A stretch of 63,575 nt of DNA, filler included, from Globobulimina sp. (Eukaryota): the NCBI GenBank assembly GCA_003354225.1. It is 19 parts of 19 records of this genome, joined end to end, with 100 filler letters (N's around TTAATTAATTAA, not from the genome) between each part and the next. Parts side by side here need not be neighbours in the genome. Positions count along the whole stretch, not along the records: positions 6,709 to 9,961 come from PIVH01003293.1; positions 10,062 to 13,314 come from PIVH01003294.1; positions 13,415 to 16,667 come from PIVH01003295.1; positions 16,768 to 20,020 come from PIVH01003296.1; positions 20,121 to 23,372 come from PIVH01003297.1; 14 more parts are not named here. One strand, given 5' to 3'. The position numbers and the translations under genes were made by a program. Of this stretch, positions 9,638 through 20,796 are shown one piece after another (position 1 is the stretch's first letter; each line of letters opens with the position of its first letter). A model generated the notes under the pieces. It ran no database searches and was not told where the DNA came from. It saw only the letters and a program-made list of their open reading frames with translations.

Positions 9638-10061
9638 AATGTTTAATATAATATTTTGTTTATTTACGACAATATGTTTATGTTTGTTTTGTTAAAACTA
9701 CTTTCTCTCATTATTATTGATGAGACATGCTTAGTAGTGGGGGCACATTCAGCCAGGGTCTAAGTCTGGCTCCATACTCACCAATTGCTTAAACATCCCG
9801 GTGAGAGAATGCTTGATTTGTAGCAGTTTTGAAGCTATCAGTGTTTTTTTTGCAATGTGAAGTGAATGGCTAATAGAGTTTTCCTATTTGAATATGATTT
9901 TGCTCATGATCAACTTTTTTTAATCATTTGTGAATTGTTAGAGAAAAAGCTTAAGTAAATGNNNNNNNNNNNNNNNNNNNNNNNNNNNNNNNNNNNNNNN
10001 NNNNNTTAATTAATTAANNNNNNNNNNNNNNNNNNNNNNNNNNNNNNNNNNNNNNNNNNNN

Positions 10062-10715
10062 TTATTCAGTAATAACTGTTCCGTAAATAAATTTGAATGG
10101 ATATTTCCTGAAATGGTCATAATCGATAAAGTAAATTCCAATGCTGCGATTTTACAGTTTAGCTCGTTTAGTGACAACATTGTGTTCGATATTCGTTCTT
10201 CAATGATCTCAAAATATTTGTCAAATTGCTCAAATTGACACATATAAGTAACAATATCTGAGACGGATAAATATCGATTACATTTTGCAATGGAAATGAG
10301 CATCACAGACATGCTCTGTGTACAGAATAACACATCATTTTTTAATTTGAGTTATTTTGATAGAATATAAAGCAAAACGTACTTGAAAGGCATGTTGGAC
10401 AATTAATAGTTTGTCGTCTAATAATGAATTGATACAATGTTGGAATGTTTTGTTAAACAGTAATATTATTTGCTGTTCATTATATTGCTGAGTGTTGATT
10501 GCGTTTCGTACTGATTGGTATAAACCATTACGATGCACTTTTAAATGAAGAAAATTGCATTCTAAGGTCTTAATTTGTTTATGTTGAATAAATATCGCAT
10601 CATATAGATCTAATATTTTTGGACGGAATTGTTTTTGCCGGGAATTGGATTGATTGTTTGTTTGTGTGGCCCAACTTCCTAATAAAGAATTAAATTGTGA
10701 CAGGTATTGTAGCAT
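10062..10715 (-). CDS. Hypothetical helical protein split into two frames (frameshift or intron), 3'-truncated
   Basis: Adjacent ORFs 10335-10715 and 10062-10333 on the same strand. Confidence 0.3.
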
Positions 10716-10787
10716 TGATGTTCAAATTACTTCAGCCAGCCGAATAGTAAAAAGTTTCTTCCCGTTTTCTGTCTTTCACTGCCAATC

Positions 10788-12590
10788 ATGGCATCCAACG
10801 AATTTCCTTGGGATTCACACACTATTGTGACGCTAGTCGGAATTGCAGTTTGTTTGTGTGGAATGGTATTAATGTCATTCCATGCATTTAGATACTTCAA
10901 ACACCGCAAACATATCGCACTTCGGAAGAGATTTGCCAATATTACGATATTCGTTTATCTCTGTCAAATGTTAAAATCTTTGTCATGGATTATTTTATTA
11001 ATAAACAATTTATTTTGGTACAAAGAATGGAGCCATCAAACAGATATAATACACCACCATTTGTTATGGCAAATAATAAGAGTTCCCATCATTTATTTTC
11101 TTTATTTTTGTTGTATTTTCGGGTGGATTGCCCGCTTTTGGATGAGCAATTATACCATACATTTAACCAAACAATCCTTACAAAATAAATGGCAACGTAT
11201 CATCAATGCAAATATTGAGAAAAATTGGTACATAAAACACAAAAACACCCTCGGAAATTTACTATTTATTTCACTTATAATTATACTGTTTTTAGTAATA
11301 ATTGTAGCCGTTTTAACATATTGTAGCCGTTTTAAAATATTGTCCGCAGAATCATATATTTTAATATCAATTGAGATTATCACCAGTTTAACTACAACAT
11401 TTATATTATATTTCATCTATAAAAGTATTCCTGTTTTAGATGATAATTTTTTTATTTACGAAGAGCTAAAAAGATTATTATATGTCTTAACATTATTAAT
11501 TATTCCCTTATGGACCGTGGGTATATTATTAGAATTCAAATACAGTGATCAGCTCATCACTGTTTCCATGAAAATAAATGAGTTAAATAGCAAACGTTAT
11601 GTAGCCACTACAATATATGAGATGTTGTGTGTAATCGGCCAAGTTATTGCCGTATTAATCAGTACGTGGTGGATAAATGGCAAAATGATACCAATTATAA
11701 ATGACAGTAAATACAGATTGCAGCAAATAGACAGCATCGAATATGTGTCTTTTGCACCAAATAAGTTTAGTATTAACGTGGAGAGTGCTGATGATTTGGA
11801 CAAATCAACTAAAAATCGTGTGACTCTGACACAGAGTCAGAGTAAATTTACCAGCGAAACGCCGAATAATTTCAGTGAGTTATTGTTACAGAAAATAGAT
11901 ACCGGTACGGATAGCGATAATATCTCAAATCTATCAAATTTGCACAATACAAACAGTATTATTAAATCGCAGAGAGGCTCGAGCTCCTTTTCTGTGGATA
12001 TGTTGACGAATCAGACCTGTTTCGAAGAGTTTGTGTTGTATTTATCAAAGGATTATTGCATTGAAAATATGCTGGGCTTTATAGAAATGATCCAATTTCA
12101 ACAATATATTTTTGATTACATTGTGCAACATCCAGACGACATTGAAACGCATCATAAGTTAAAAACATCTTTGCATAAAAACTGTGAGTTTCCAGACAGA
12201 ATTCCAAAGTCATTGATCGTGTTTGGTGAGGATGATGATTTGAAAAATGAGGCCGAGAGATCACAGGATGCTGTCGGTGGCAATCAATCGTTACATGCAT
12301 TTGTGCAAAATAGTAAGCGGAAAGCTTTTAAATTATATGCAAAATATATGAAGAGTGCAGGTGCCGACTATAAGATTGATATTGGTGACTGTACACGCGA
12401 TGCATTGGAGAATTGGATTCAAAATGAATATGCGTGGCGTCATAATAATTTGGTTGACATTGAAGACTTATTGGATATGTTTGATGACTGCGTGGATGAA
12501 TGTTTTGCGATTTTGTGTGATTCCTATAAAAGATTTATGCTCACCGACAAATATTATAAATTAATACAATCCAATGCACCGTGCAAATAA
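10788..12590 (+). CDS. 7TM-RGS protein (seven TM helices plus C-terminal RGS domain)
   Basis: Seven hydrophobic segments, then RGS motifs FEEFVLYLSKDYCIENMLGFIE, LYAKYM...YKIDI and CDSYKRF. Confidence 0.85.
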   Translation: MASNEFPWDSHTIVTLVGIAVCLCGMVLMSFHAFRYFKHRKHIALRKRFANITIFVYLCQMLKSLSWIILLINNLFWYKEWSHQTDIIHHHLLWQIIRVPIIYFLYFCCIFGWIARFWMSNYTIHLTKQSLQNKWQRIINANIEKNWYIKHKNTLGNLLFISLIIILFLVIIVAVLTYCSRFKILSAESYILISIEIITSLTTTFILYFIYKSIPVLDDNFFIYEELKRLLYVLTLLIIPLWTVGILLEFKYSDQLITVSMKINELNSKRYVATTIYEMLCVIGQVIAVLISTWWINGKMIPIINDSKYRLQQIDSIEYVSFAPNKFSINVESADDLDKSTKNRVTLTQSQSKFTSETPNNFSELLLQKIDTGTDSDNISNLSNLHNTNSIIKSQRGSSSFSVDMLTNQTCFEEFVLYLSKDYCIENMLGFIEMIQFQQYIFDYIVQHPDDIETHHKLKTSLHKNCEFPDRIPKSLIVFGEDDDLKNEAERSQDAVGGNQSLHAFVQNSKRKAFKLYAKYMKSAGADYKIDIGDCTRDALENWIQNEYAWRHNNLVDIEDLLDMFDDCVDECFAILCDSYKRFMLTDKYYKLIQSNAPCK

Positions 12591-13067
12591 ATATACAATT
12601 AATTAAAAAATAAATCATTGTCATATATGTTCAAACCAAACTTTTAAAAATTGAATAGGTTCTTCGCTTAAACTCAATGCACCTAAATTTATTATTGTTT
12701 TTTTTTCAATGTTTTTGTGCTTCATTTGTGTTTGAATTTTGTGCTTAAACAATGAGTATTATCAATTTTTAACGATTGCAATTTGTTGCAACGTCCCATT
12801 ATTTGTTTAAAGCGCGATTCATATTTGATGTTCGTATTGTATTTTGATTAAAGGTTTATTGTATTTTGATCGATGATTTATATAATGTATAACAAGAAAA
12901 TGATGCATTATGCACGCAATTATCGAGTAAAAAAAGTAGAAGAAAAAGCAAAATAAAAAAGAAAAAACATAATAAATAGAAATTACAGATTACAGATAAT
13001 AGCAAAATAAAAAAAGAAAAACATAATAAATTGAGGCTCGAGATCTTTTATTGTTTTTGGCCTGTAA

Positions 13068-13314
13068 TTAAATAAAAATATCATCGGATGCAATATTGGC
13101 GGCTGATGGACTGAGTGATGGTGCTTTATATCGACAAACACATAAACAGCACGCCGCAGTAAACAACACCAACAAAAGCAAAAATAAATGGATATACGTC
13201 ACTTGAGACAGAGACACAGAAATCACAAAATGATGATCATTTACATTCGAATTCTTTTCATCCACGTTATCCATTAAAGAGAAGGCGCTGTAAATGGACC
13301 TGGATATTTTTATT
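13068..13314 (-). CDS. C-terminal fragment of a single-pass membrane protein
   Basis: TM helix IHLFLLLLVLFTAACCLCVC followed by RYK and a short tail; starts at the contig edge. Confidence 0.35.
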
Positions 13315-13470
13315 NNNNNNNNNNNNNNNNNNNNNNNNNNNNNNNNNNNNNNNNNNNNTTAATTAATTAANNNNNNNNNNNNNNNNNNNNNNNNNNNNNN
13401 NNNNNNNNNNNNNNATTTGGCAACTTGAGTTATTTAAACTGTTTTTTTTTTAGCTCAGCTCCAGTACACC

Positions 13471-16449
13471 ATGCCGTTTTTAAATGGAAGACCGGTAAAA
13501 TTTATTCCCCATCCAACAGATATTACCCAATCGAGCAAAGTATTTCAGATTAGATTTACAGGTGAAATATTTAAAGAATACACAGAGTATTCAGCACGTT
13601 TAGATTTTTATCGCCAACCAAAATTCTCTTGCAAATATACTGGTAAATCTGGATTTAGTTACGAGAATGCGTTCGGTCATGAAAACAAAACCAAACAAGA
13701 AATTGCAAACCAAATCCCTTCCAAATATATACCAATTATCCTTAAACAAACACAATTCTCTCAATTGAAACTGACAGATTTAGTAAATAGCATCGCTGGA
13801 ATATTAATCACCGAACAAAATACAAACACGCAAAACACACAAAATACGATTACTAACAATAATGATAATAAAAAACCAGCCAAAACACCAAAATGTCCAA
13901 TAAAAAAAACACTAATTCGAACATTAATTCGTACCGCAACAAATCGACTTAATTTCAAAAATGCGCCATGGATTCTAAATGACCAAATTGCCAAAAAATA
14001 TAATATTTCCACACAAATCGCACCGGAGATACAATCATTAATTACTCAATATTTAAACAAACAAAATGCGCCAAAAAAAAAAACAAAAAAAACAAAGCCA
14101 AAATCAAAATCAATATCCGTTTGTAAACCGAAATCGAAATCAATCGCACCCGAAACATTAATAAGTTCATTATCCATTAAACCCAGCAAACAATTAAAAT
14201 ATCCATGCGATGATCAACTATTATTAATGTACGACAAACATGAAAATAATAAAATAATCGCATATGATGAGTTTTGGAGGAAAATAAATAAAATTGGCAT
14301 TCCTAACATTGTCAACGACGATGTTGATGATAATAATTATTCAAATTTAGCATTTATTGATTATAATGCATATTATTACGATGAGCGTGAGGATGACGTC
14401 GCCGTACAAACTGGCCATCGACAATTAAATGATTTATTTAGTGAGATATGGAATTTATGGAGTTTTATTGCTGTGTACTATAATGATTTGAGTATTACTC
14501 CTTTTCCAATATCATATTTAATGGATGCATTATGTTATAATAAACGAAGTGTATTATTGGATGAATTACAATGTTGTTTATTAGAAATGATTCGAAAACA
14601 TATAATAAATACAATAAATCAACGTATTGAAACTGCAAAACATGATAAAATGAAGAAAAAAATTGCTCGGAAAAAAGCAAACAAACGTGCTGCGAAAAAG
14701 AAAAAAATAAGAAAATTACAACAGGCCGAAACTGCGGCTGCCGCTGCGACTGCGGATGGTGATGAAAATAATCAAAAAAGATCGGATAAACAGGAAATGG
14801 ATGCTTCAGATGAAGAGGAAGAAGAAGAGGCAGAGAGTGAAATTACTACATCAAGCGAAGAAGAATCAGAAAGTGAAGCAGAATCAGTCACAGATTCAGA
14901 GTCTGACTCTGAAGACATTGACATTTCAGAGTCAGATTCTGATGATATTTCAGTGATTGATATTATTAATTCCCAATCAAAATATTCTTCATTAATATTT
15001 ACAGTCCAACCAATAAACAATTTTAAATTAGATTTATTGAGAGATTATCTTTCATTGCGATGTAATATAAATACAAATAAACAAAATGAAAACGAAGAAA
15101 ATGAAATGGACATTGACGAGGAAGATTGTATTATATATTCAGAGGAAAAAGAAACAGAAACACAAAAAAAAGAAGAATTGGAAGCAATACTACCAAATTA
15201 TGAATATTGTCTACCTGAAGAGATATGGGATAAATTAAATAATATTCGCAGTTATATGTCGTTAACCATTCATTCTAAATTGCAGATTTTCAATATATTA
15301 TTCCGCGATGCAATGAGTAGCTGCATTATTAAACATATTATCACTCAACGCATTGCTAAATATGACAAGGAGATAAAATACGATATAAAATCATTAGAAG
15401 ATGAATATTCAAATATGATAAAACAGGAAAAACATAAATTACGAAATATCAGAAACGATTTGATTGAGAAAAAAAGGATATTAAATCCTAAAAAATACAC
15501 CAAAAAATCGAAGAAAAAAGCTGCATCATCTTCCAGTTCCAGCTCCAGCTCATCATCGTCGTCAACGAGTAATACACCAAACAAAGAGAACAAGGAAAAT
15601 AATTCAAGCGATGCTAATTCCAAAAGTGTGTCCATTTCTGTTGTAAACCCTGCAGTGTTAAAGCATCGAGGTACCAGTCGTCAGCAAGAATTATTGCGGC
15701 AACAGGAAGAGAGGGAGAGACATGAATTACTGATCAGGGAAGAAGAGGGAAAAGAAGCCTTAAAACGAGAGATTATGAAATTAGAAACTTTGATGAAAAC
15801 GAATCGAACTTTGATGGATTCCAAATGTAAAGCAAAAGAGTTAGAGATTGGATATAAGAAATATAAGTTTTGCATGGAATATCGGACATATTTATCGGAA
15901 CTGGGAAGTGATCGATTTCATAATAAATACTTTTGGAGCGTCTATAGTGATGGGAGGATATTTATATTGCATCCAAATTCAATGTATTATAAATCGGAAA
16001 ATAATATGTCGATTACAAAAGAAATGATGAAAATAAGCGAAAATGGTATGAGATGTTGTAATGAGTGGGAAGCAATGGAAGGAGAGGAAAATGGGAATGG
16101 GAATAAATTTTGTTGGAGTTATATATCGACATCAAGTGAATTTTATACTTTGTTGTCCATTTTAGATTGTCGCGGCATACGGGAATGTGAGTTGTTGTTA
16201 AGTTTAAATGCATTGAAAAATGATATTATTCGATCAATGCGAATGGTTGGAAATGATGATTATAAGGAAGCGGTAATAAGTTCAACGATGATGGATGTGG
16301 ATAATGAGAAGAATAATAATGATGAAGTACAATTAAGGCGATCAAAGAGAGCAACAAAGCAAAGTATTGTTAGTAATGAATATAATAATCATATGCAAGC
16401 TGGTAATAAAGGATTTATGTCCTATCGGAATAAAGTTAAAAGAAAATAA
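13471..16449 (+). CDS. ACF1/BAZ1A/Itc1-like ISWI chromatin-remodelling subunit (WAC, DDT, WHIM1, WSD domains)
   Basis: WAC: FTGEIFKEYTEYSARLDFYRQPKFSCKYTGKSG. DDT: WNLWSFIAVYYNDLSITPF. WHIM1: YMSLTIHSKLQIFNIL. WSD: LGSDRFHNKYF and LDCRGIRECEL. Confidence 0.9.
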   Translation: MPFLNGRPVKFIPHPTDITQSSKVFQIRFTGEIFKEYTEYSARLDFYRQPKFSCKYTGKSGFSYENAFGHENKTKQEIANQIPSKYIPIILKQTQFSQLKLTDLVNSIAGILITEQNTNTQNTQNTITNNNDNKKPAKTPKCPIKKTLIRTLIRTATNRLNFKNAPWILNDQIAKKYNISTQIAPEIQSLITQYLNKQNAPKKKTKKTKPKSKSISVCKPKSKSIAPETLISSLSIKPSKQLKYPCDDQLLLMYDKHENNKIIAYDEFWRKINKIGIPNIVNDDVDDNNYSNLAFIDYNAYYYDEREDDVAVQTGHRQLNDLFSEIWNLWSFIAVYYNDLSITPFPISYLMDALCYNKRSVLLDELQCCLLEMIRKHIINTINQRIETAKHDKMKKKIARKKANKRAAKKKKIRKLQQAETAAAAATADGDENNQKRSDKQEMDASDEEEEEEAESEITTSSEEESESEAESVTDSESDSEDIDISESDSDDISVIDIINSQSKYSSLIFTVQPINNFKLDLLRDYLSLRCNINTNKQNENEENEMDIDEEDCIIYSEEKETETQKKEELEAILPNYEYCLPEEIWDKLNNIRSYMSLTIHSKLQIFNILFRDAMSSCIIKHIITQRIAKYDKEIKYDIKSLEDEYSNMIKQEKHKLRNIRNDLIEKKRILNPKKYTKKSKKKAASSSSSSSSSSSSSTSNTPNKENKENNSSDANSKSVSISVVNPAVLKHRGTSRQQELLRQQEERERHELLIREEEGKEALKREIMKLETLMKTNRTLMDSKCKAKELEIGYKKYKFCMEYRTYLSELGSDRFHNKYFWSVYSDGRIFILHPNSMYYKSENNMSITKEMMKISENGMRCCNEWEAMEGEENGNGNKFCWSYISTSSEFYTLLSILDCRGIRECELLLSLNALKNDIIRSMRMVGNDDYKEAVISSTMMDVDNEKNNNDEVQLRRSKRATKQSIVSNEYNNHMQAGNKGFMSYRNKVKRK

Positions 16450-16928
16450 AATGATATTTGATAAAATGATTTTGTTTGGGTGAGTTTCTGTATAGTGCAT
16501 AATCAGACACATGACATGCTTTTTTTTATTTAATAAAGTTTATAATTATTAAGAATTGACCCTTTGAAGAGCCTTGGTGTAGTAGGTCGAGCCTGGTTCT
16601 AGGGTTGAACTAAGGGTTTTTTAGTAAAGTTTTAAAGTAAGGAGTACCTAATAAGTTAGATACAATANNNNNNNNNNNNNNNNNNNNNNNNNNNNNNNNN
16701 NNNNNNNNNNNTTAATTAATTAANNNNNNNNNNNNNNNNNNNNNNNNNNNNNNNNNNNNNNNNNNNNTATAATATTTTTCTAAGTTCACTTAAAAGGAAA
16801 ACTTCAATATCTAAGATCTGACGAGTTAGACTTGAAATGTAACAGTTTTGTTTCTATTTTATTCTAAGCGATAAAAGGAACCAAAAGTGTATTTACGTAT
16901 ACAGAAAAAATAAGTTGTTAAGTGGCGA

Positions 16929-17780
16929 TCAGTGTTGTTCATGTTGATCACCATTCAAATAATCTCTTAATTCTCTATTAATTAATAAACCAATGCTCCA
17001 CGGCGCCCACATTCTTATCATTCGAACCCCGACTGCCCCGACATATTGCCGGCGCACTCTCTTTAACCTATGAATGAATTTAATTGGAGAGCTAGAACTG
17101 GACTGTTGATGGTTAAAATAATCCAATCCCATTAAATGTGCGGGCGTAGTCACAAACTGAGTAAATATCGGGAATGTTAACTGTGCCATTTGCCACTGTT
17201 TATGCGTCCATTTAAATTTATCCTCACAATAATCGGGTAATACTGCAGCCCCAATCATATGCAAAACATCACGCGTTATCCACCAAACATATGTCCCTTT
17301 CATTGATATCGCTGCTGATTTCACCGATGATTTCACTGAATCTCCAACTTTTTGTTTAATGATACGTGCCATACCGGGATCTTTCCAAAATACAGAAGCT
17401 CCGCCATTCACTGCAAATACTAACCAAAACTTATAAAATGCGGTTTGTTCAGGGTTTTGATTAGTTGCTTTACAGATTGTATCGGTGTAATTTTTAGCTA
17501 AATAGGTTGACGAATATGTACCAAATACATAACCAAATTGTGGTAAAAACATATAACGATGTGGTTTCGTAAATATTTGGTATATTGATTGTTTTAATGA
17601 GGATACAACTGATATACGTTTGGAAGATGCCATTGATGCCATTGATTCCATTACAGCACAATCCATTGGCGTGATAAACCATGACAAAGCAAACCCAGCA
17701 GTTATACCAACCACACTATCAACGACTAACCGCCTTGGAACTACGTTTTTTTTTTCAGCATCTGGGTCAGGATCTGACAT
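16929..17780 (-). CDS. Conserved eukaryotic membrane protein, mitochondrial-carrier-like
   Basis: ITPMD, TYxxTYxAxN, RD and TTPAHL motifs resemble a divergent carrier-like family of fungi and protists. Confidence 0.5.
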   Translation of the reverse strand: MSDPDPDAEKKNVVPRRLVVDSVVGITAGFALSWFITPMDCAVMESMASMASSKRISVVSSLKQSIYQIFTKPHRYMFLPQFGYVFGTYSSTYLAKNYTDTICKATNQNPEQTAFYKFWLVFAVNGGASVFWKDPGMARIIKQKVGDSVKSSVKSAAISMKGTYVWWITRDVLHMIGAAVLPDYCEDKFKWTHKQWQMAQLTFPIFTQFVTTPAHLMGLDYFNHQQSSSSSPIKFIHRLKRVRRQYVGAVGVRMIRMWAPWSIGLLINRELRDYLNGDQHEQH

Positions 17781-18107
17781 GGTTTCTTGAGCTCACTTCA
17801 GTCGTAAAAAATATTTTTATTCTAAAAAACAATAATCAAAAAACAGCTAGAAACGTTCAGCGTCATATTTTGATAGTCCTCTGTTATTTTTTTCGTCTTA
17901 CTCTTGACTGACTTCCACAAAAAGAACCCGTTTGGCTTTCAAAAAACACAGAGTAATAATCACACAAAATGAAAAAACTCAACTCTATGACAAAATAAGT
18001 ATACAAAACAATAAATATATTGGCTAGTCACAAAACAATAATGCATAAATACATAGATATAAAATTCTAAAAATATATAATGTCACATTAAAACTAATGT
18101 TGTTGAT

Positions 18108-19178
18108 TCATACTTTGTTATAAATTTTAGCAAAATATTTCATAGCTAGAATTTGATCAATATCTGGTCTCTTACGATTAAATCCCAGTACCTTTCTCAA
18201 AACATCATACAAATCATTACTGATCACACCAAATAATAATAAATATCTTAAATATTGATATAATTCACAATGTCCTTGTTTTGAATGCATAAAATGTACA
18301 CAATTACTATTTCTCACCAACAATCTCTTGCCGTTTCCCCATATTTTATAATGGCTATACAATTTACCACCGTTTACAACTTTTAATAAAATTAAGCCAA
18401 ATGCATAAATATCGCATGCTTTTGTTAATATCGATTTGCCGCTTTCCTTTTTTAATGATATTTCAGGTGCAACAAATCCTTTTGTACCGAAACTTCCTCT
18501 TCTTTTTATCACTTCATCCTTTTCAATTTTACGATGCAATCCATAGTCAATCAGACACCATTTTTTTATAATAATATCAAACATAATATTTGCTGGCTTA
18601 ATATCAAAATGTGCATAACCTAAATCATGTAATCTCTTAATATTAACTGCTAAATCAAATGAAAAACGACTCAAACTATTATTATCTTTAAATGTTATTA
18701 TTCCGTTGTCATATTTTTCATTCTTAAAGTCATAAGTTTCAAAACTTAAACATTTGTCAATATTTTCCAAGCAGTTTTGTAATTGTTGCATTACAATGAT
18801 TACCTGTTTATATTGTTTGCTATCAATGTATATTTCCTTATATTTTAATAATTGAGCATTTTTTACTAAATTATATTCATTAATTATATTATTTATGATT
18901 TTAATTTTAAGTGTTTTCTTATTTAAATAGGCTAAATCAATGATTTTGCAGCAAAATTTAATTCCATCAATATATTCATCACAAATTGAAGATATAAATG
19001 ATTTTTTAAAACATTTATAAACTGCTGCGGAGGCTCCTGTCCCTAGCAAAGAATCTTTATCACCAATATCAACAATCCAATCTTGTTCAAACTTATCAAC
19101 ATTTAAGAAACTTGAAAAATCATAATGATAAATGCCACCATTATTTTTATTAATCCATTCATTCATTCTTGATGCCAT
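18108..19178 (-). CDS. Ser/Thr protein kinase
   Basis: LGTGASAAVY, CCK, HFDIKPANI, DYG, GTKGFVAPE, DIYAFG. Confidence 0.9.
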   Translation of the reverse strand: MASRMNEWINKNNGGIYHYDFSSFLNVDKFEQDWIVDIGDKDSLLGTGASAAVYKCFKKSFISSICDEYIDGIKFCCKIIDLAYLNKKTLKIKIINNIINEYNLVKNAQLLKYKEIYIDSKQYKQVIIVMQQLQNCLENIDKCLSFETYDFKNEKYDNGIITFKDNNSLSRFSFDLAVNIKRLHDLGYAHFDIKPANIMFDIIIKKWCLIDYGLHRKIEKDEVIKRRGSFGTKGFVAPEISLKKESGKSILTKACDIYAFGLILLKVVNGGKLYSHYKIWGNGKRLLVRNSNCVHFMHSKQGHCELYQYLRYLLLFGVISNDLYDVLRKVLGFNRKRPDIDQILAMKYFAKIYNKV

Positions 19179-19233
19179 GCCATATTTGGACTTCGGAAAT
19201 TTTGCTACAGTATCTTAAAAACCTTGGTCAAGC

Positions 19234-19833
19234 ATGTGTTTGAAGGGAAATCAGTTGAGCGGATCAGTTGGATGTGTGGCTATTTCATTAGTGATTGCAG
19301 CATTTCTTGTAAATCAATTAAGCGATTATAATGTTGGTAAAGGAAACTATCAAACAGATGTAATATGTGAATGGGAACAAGTTTGTGTTGGTGATGCATG
19401 TGAAATTTATGATCATTGCAACAAATTAACTTTTAATGAAACATCATTATTTACAGAATCATGTGATGATTCGAAAACCGCTGGGAAAGTATATTTATCC
19501 ATGGTGAGTCTTGCATTTTGTATTGGAGTTATCGGTGTTTGTGGTGCGTGTGTTGATATTTTCTCAATAATTGGTAAATATGGATTTATATTATATACAT
19601 TATGTGGAATATGTTGTATTATAGCTCCGTCATATTTTGTATCTCAAGGAAAACATGGCGCAATGTGTTGGGATAAAAATTTTGGAGAGTCTGTAAAGTT
19701 CGGTGGCTCCATTGTTTTATTATTCATTGCCATGCCAATGTTTTTTATTGCTGCTGCTGTTTCATTGAAAGTGTTTTGTAAAACTGATCAAGATGCATTG
19801 TTAGGAAATCAGCATACATTGCAAAAGGCATAG
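19234..19833 (+). CDS. Claudin/amastin-like tetraspan membrane protein
   Basis: Four TM helices; Cys-containing first extracellular loop with W...C. Confidence 0.55.
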   Translation: MCLKGNQLSGSVGCVAISLVIAAFLVNQLSDYNVGKGNYQTDVICEWEQVCVGDACEIYDHCNKLTFNETSLFTESCDDSKTAGKVYLSMVSLAFCIGVIGVCGACVDIFSIIGKYGFILYTLCGICCIIAPSYFVSQGKHGAMCWDKNFGESVKFGGSIVLLFIAMPMFFIAAAVSLKVFCKTDQDALLGNQHTLQKA

Positions 19834-20120
19834 CCTTTTGTGCAAGGATTTGTCTTCATTTTGCGTTAGTTATGTACAGCTCACTTAAATTATAAAACAA
19901 CACTAATAATAATCTGCATGTACTCAATGGATTCATTTCCCAGAATATCTTCCGATGAAACATGGTGAACAATTCAATCTACAACAACAACAACACACAG
20001 ATTTAACACGAACAAAATACNNNNNNNNNNNNNNNNNNNNNNNNNNNNNNNNNNNNNNNNNNNNTTAATTAATTAANNNNNNNNNNNNNNNNNNNNNNNN
20101 NNNNNNNNNNNNNNNNNNNN

Positions 20121-20734
20121 GGTGGGTAGTAACAATGTATATTGCTGTTGGAAGTTTGACCGTTTATATAGACGCTAGCAAACGCATTAAATGTATAAAC
20201 ATTTAAGTTTCGTATATCCGAGGAAGACTGTTGGAAGATATTGCATGTGGAACCAAGCCGTTTGGGGCAAAATATTGTCATATCATCGCATCTGCCATCA
20301 TCGCAACCGCTTATTTGTAAGTAGGTGGACGAATTTGCATAAACTCGCAAGCGATTACAATTGAAGCCGCAAGTTATGACGCAGCCTAAATTGGCCTTTT
20401 TTGTTTTTTTGCCGGTTTTGTAGAAGGTATTTTGTATGCGAAGCAATGGGAAATCATAGAGGTGTTAATTAACTGGACAGTGTATGGTTGCATCACAACA
20501 GCCAGCATCGTAGGTAGAGCATGTGTTTCCTGTCGGATTCGCTATATTTTGTTCACATTGCACACTGCAATCACCATCTCGCGCATCACAGATCGTATCG
20601 TCACCTACACAGTGTATCGGAGACGCATCACATTGCCACTGATGTGTGCCCACATTTGTAGCTGACTGAGTGACAGAGACCATTACATATGATATCGTTA
20701 GTATGTTAATTGCTAACATGACGGGAGTATGCAT
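20121..20734 (-). CDS. Secreted Cys-rich repeat protein (C..C...I.CP repeats), spliced, 3'-truncated
   Basis: Signal peptide; CCDATIHCP and CDDMTIFCP repeats lie in two adjacent ORFs separated by an intron-sized gap. Confidence 0.55.
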
Positions 20735-20796
20735 TGACCACTAGGACTGAAAAAATGAGGAAAGTTTTTCAAAATACATTTTAAGATCATCACATA

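Noticed and set aside
12947-13030. Duplicated A-rich approx. 30-bp segment
   Set aside because: Low-complexity duplication between converging 3' ends; no further structure.
16570-16620. tRNA-like start (GCCTTGGTGTAGTAGGTC)
   Set aside because: No T-arm GTTCRA or cloverleaf can be folded.
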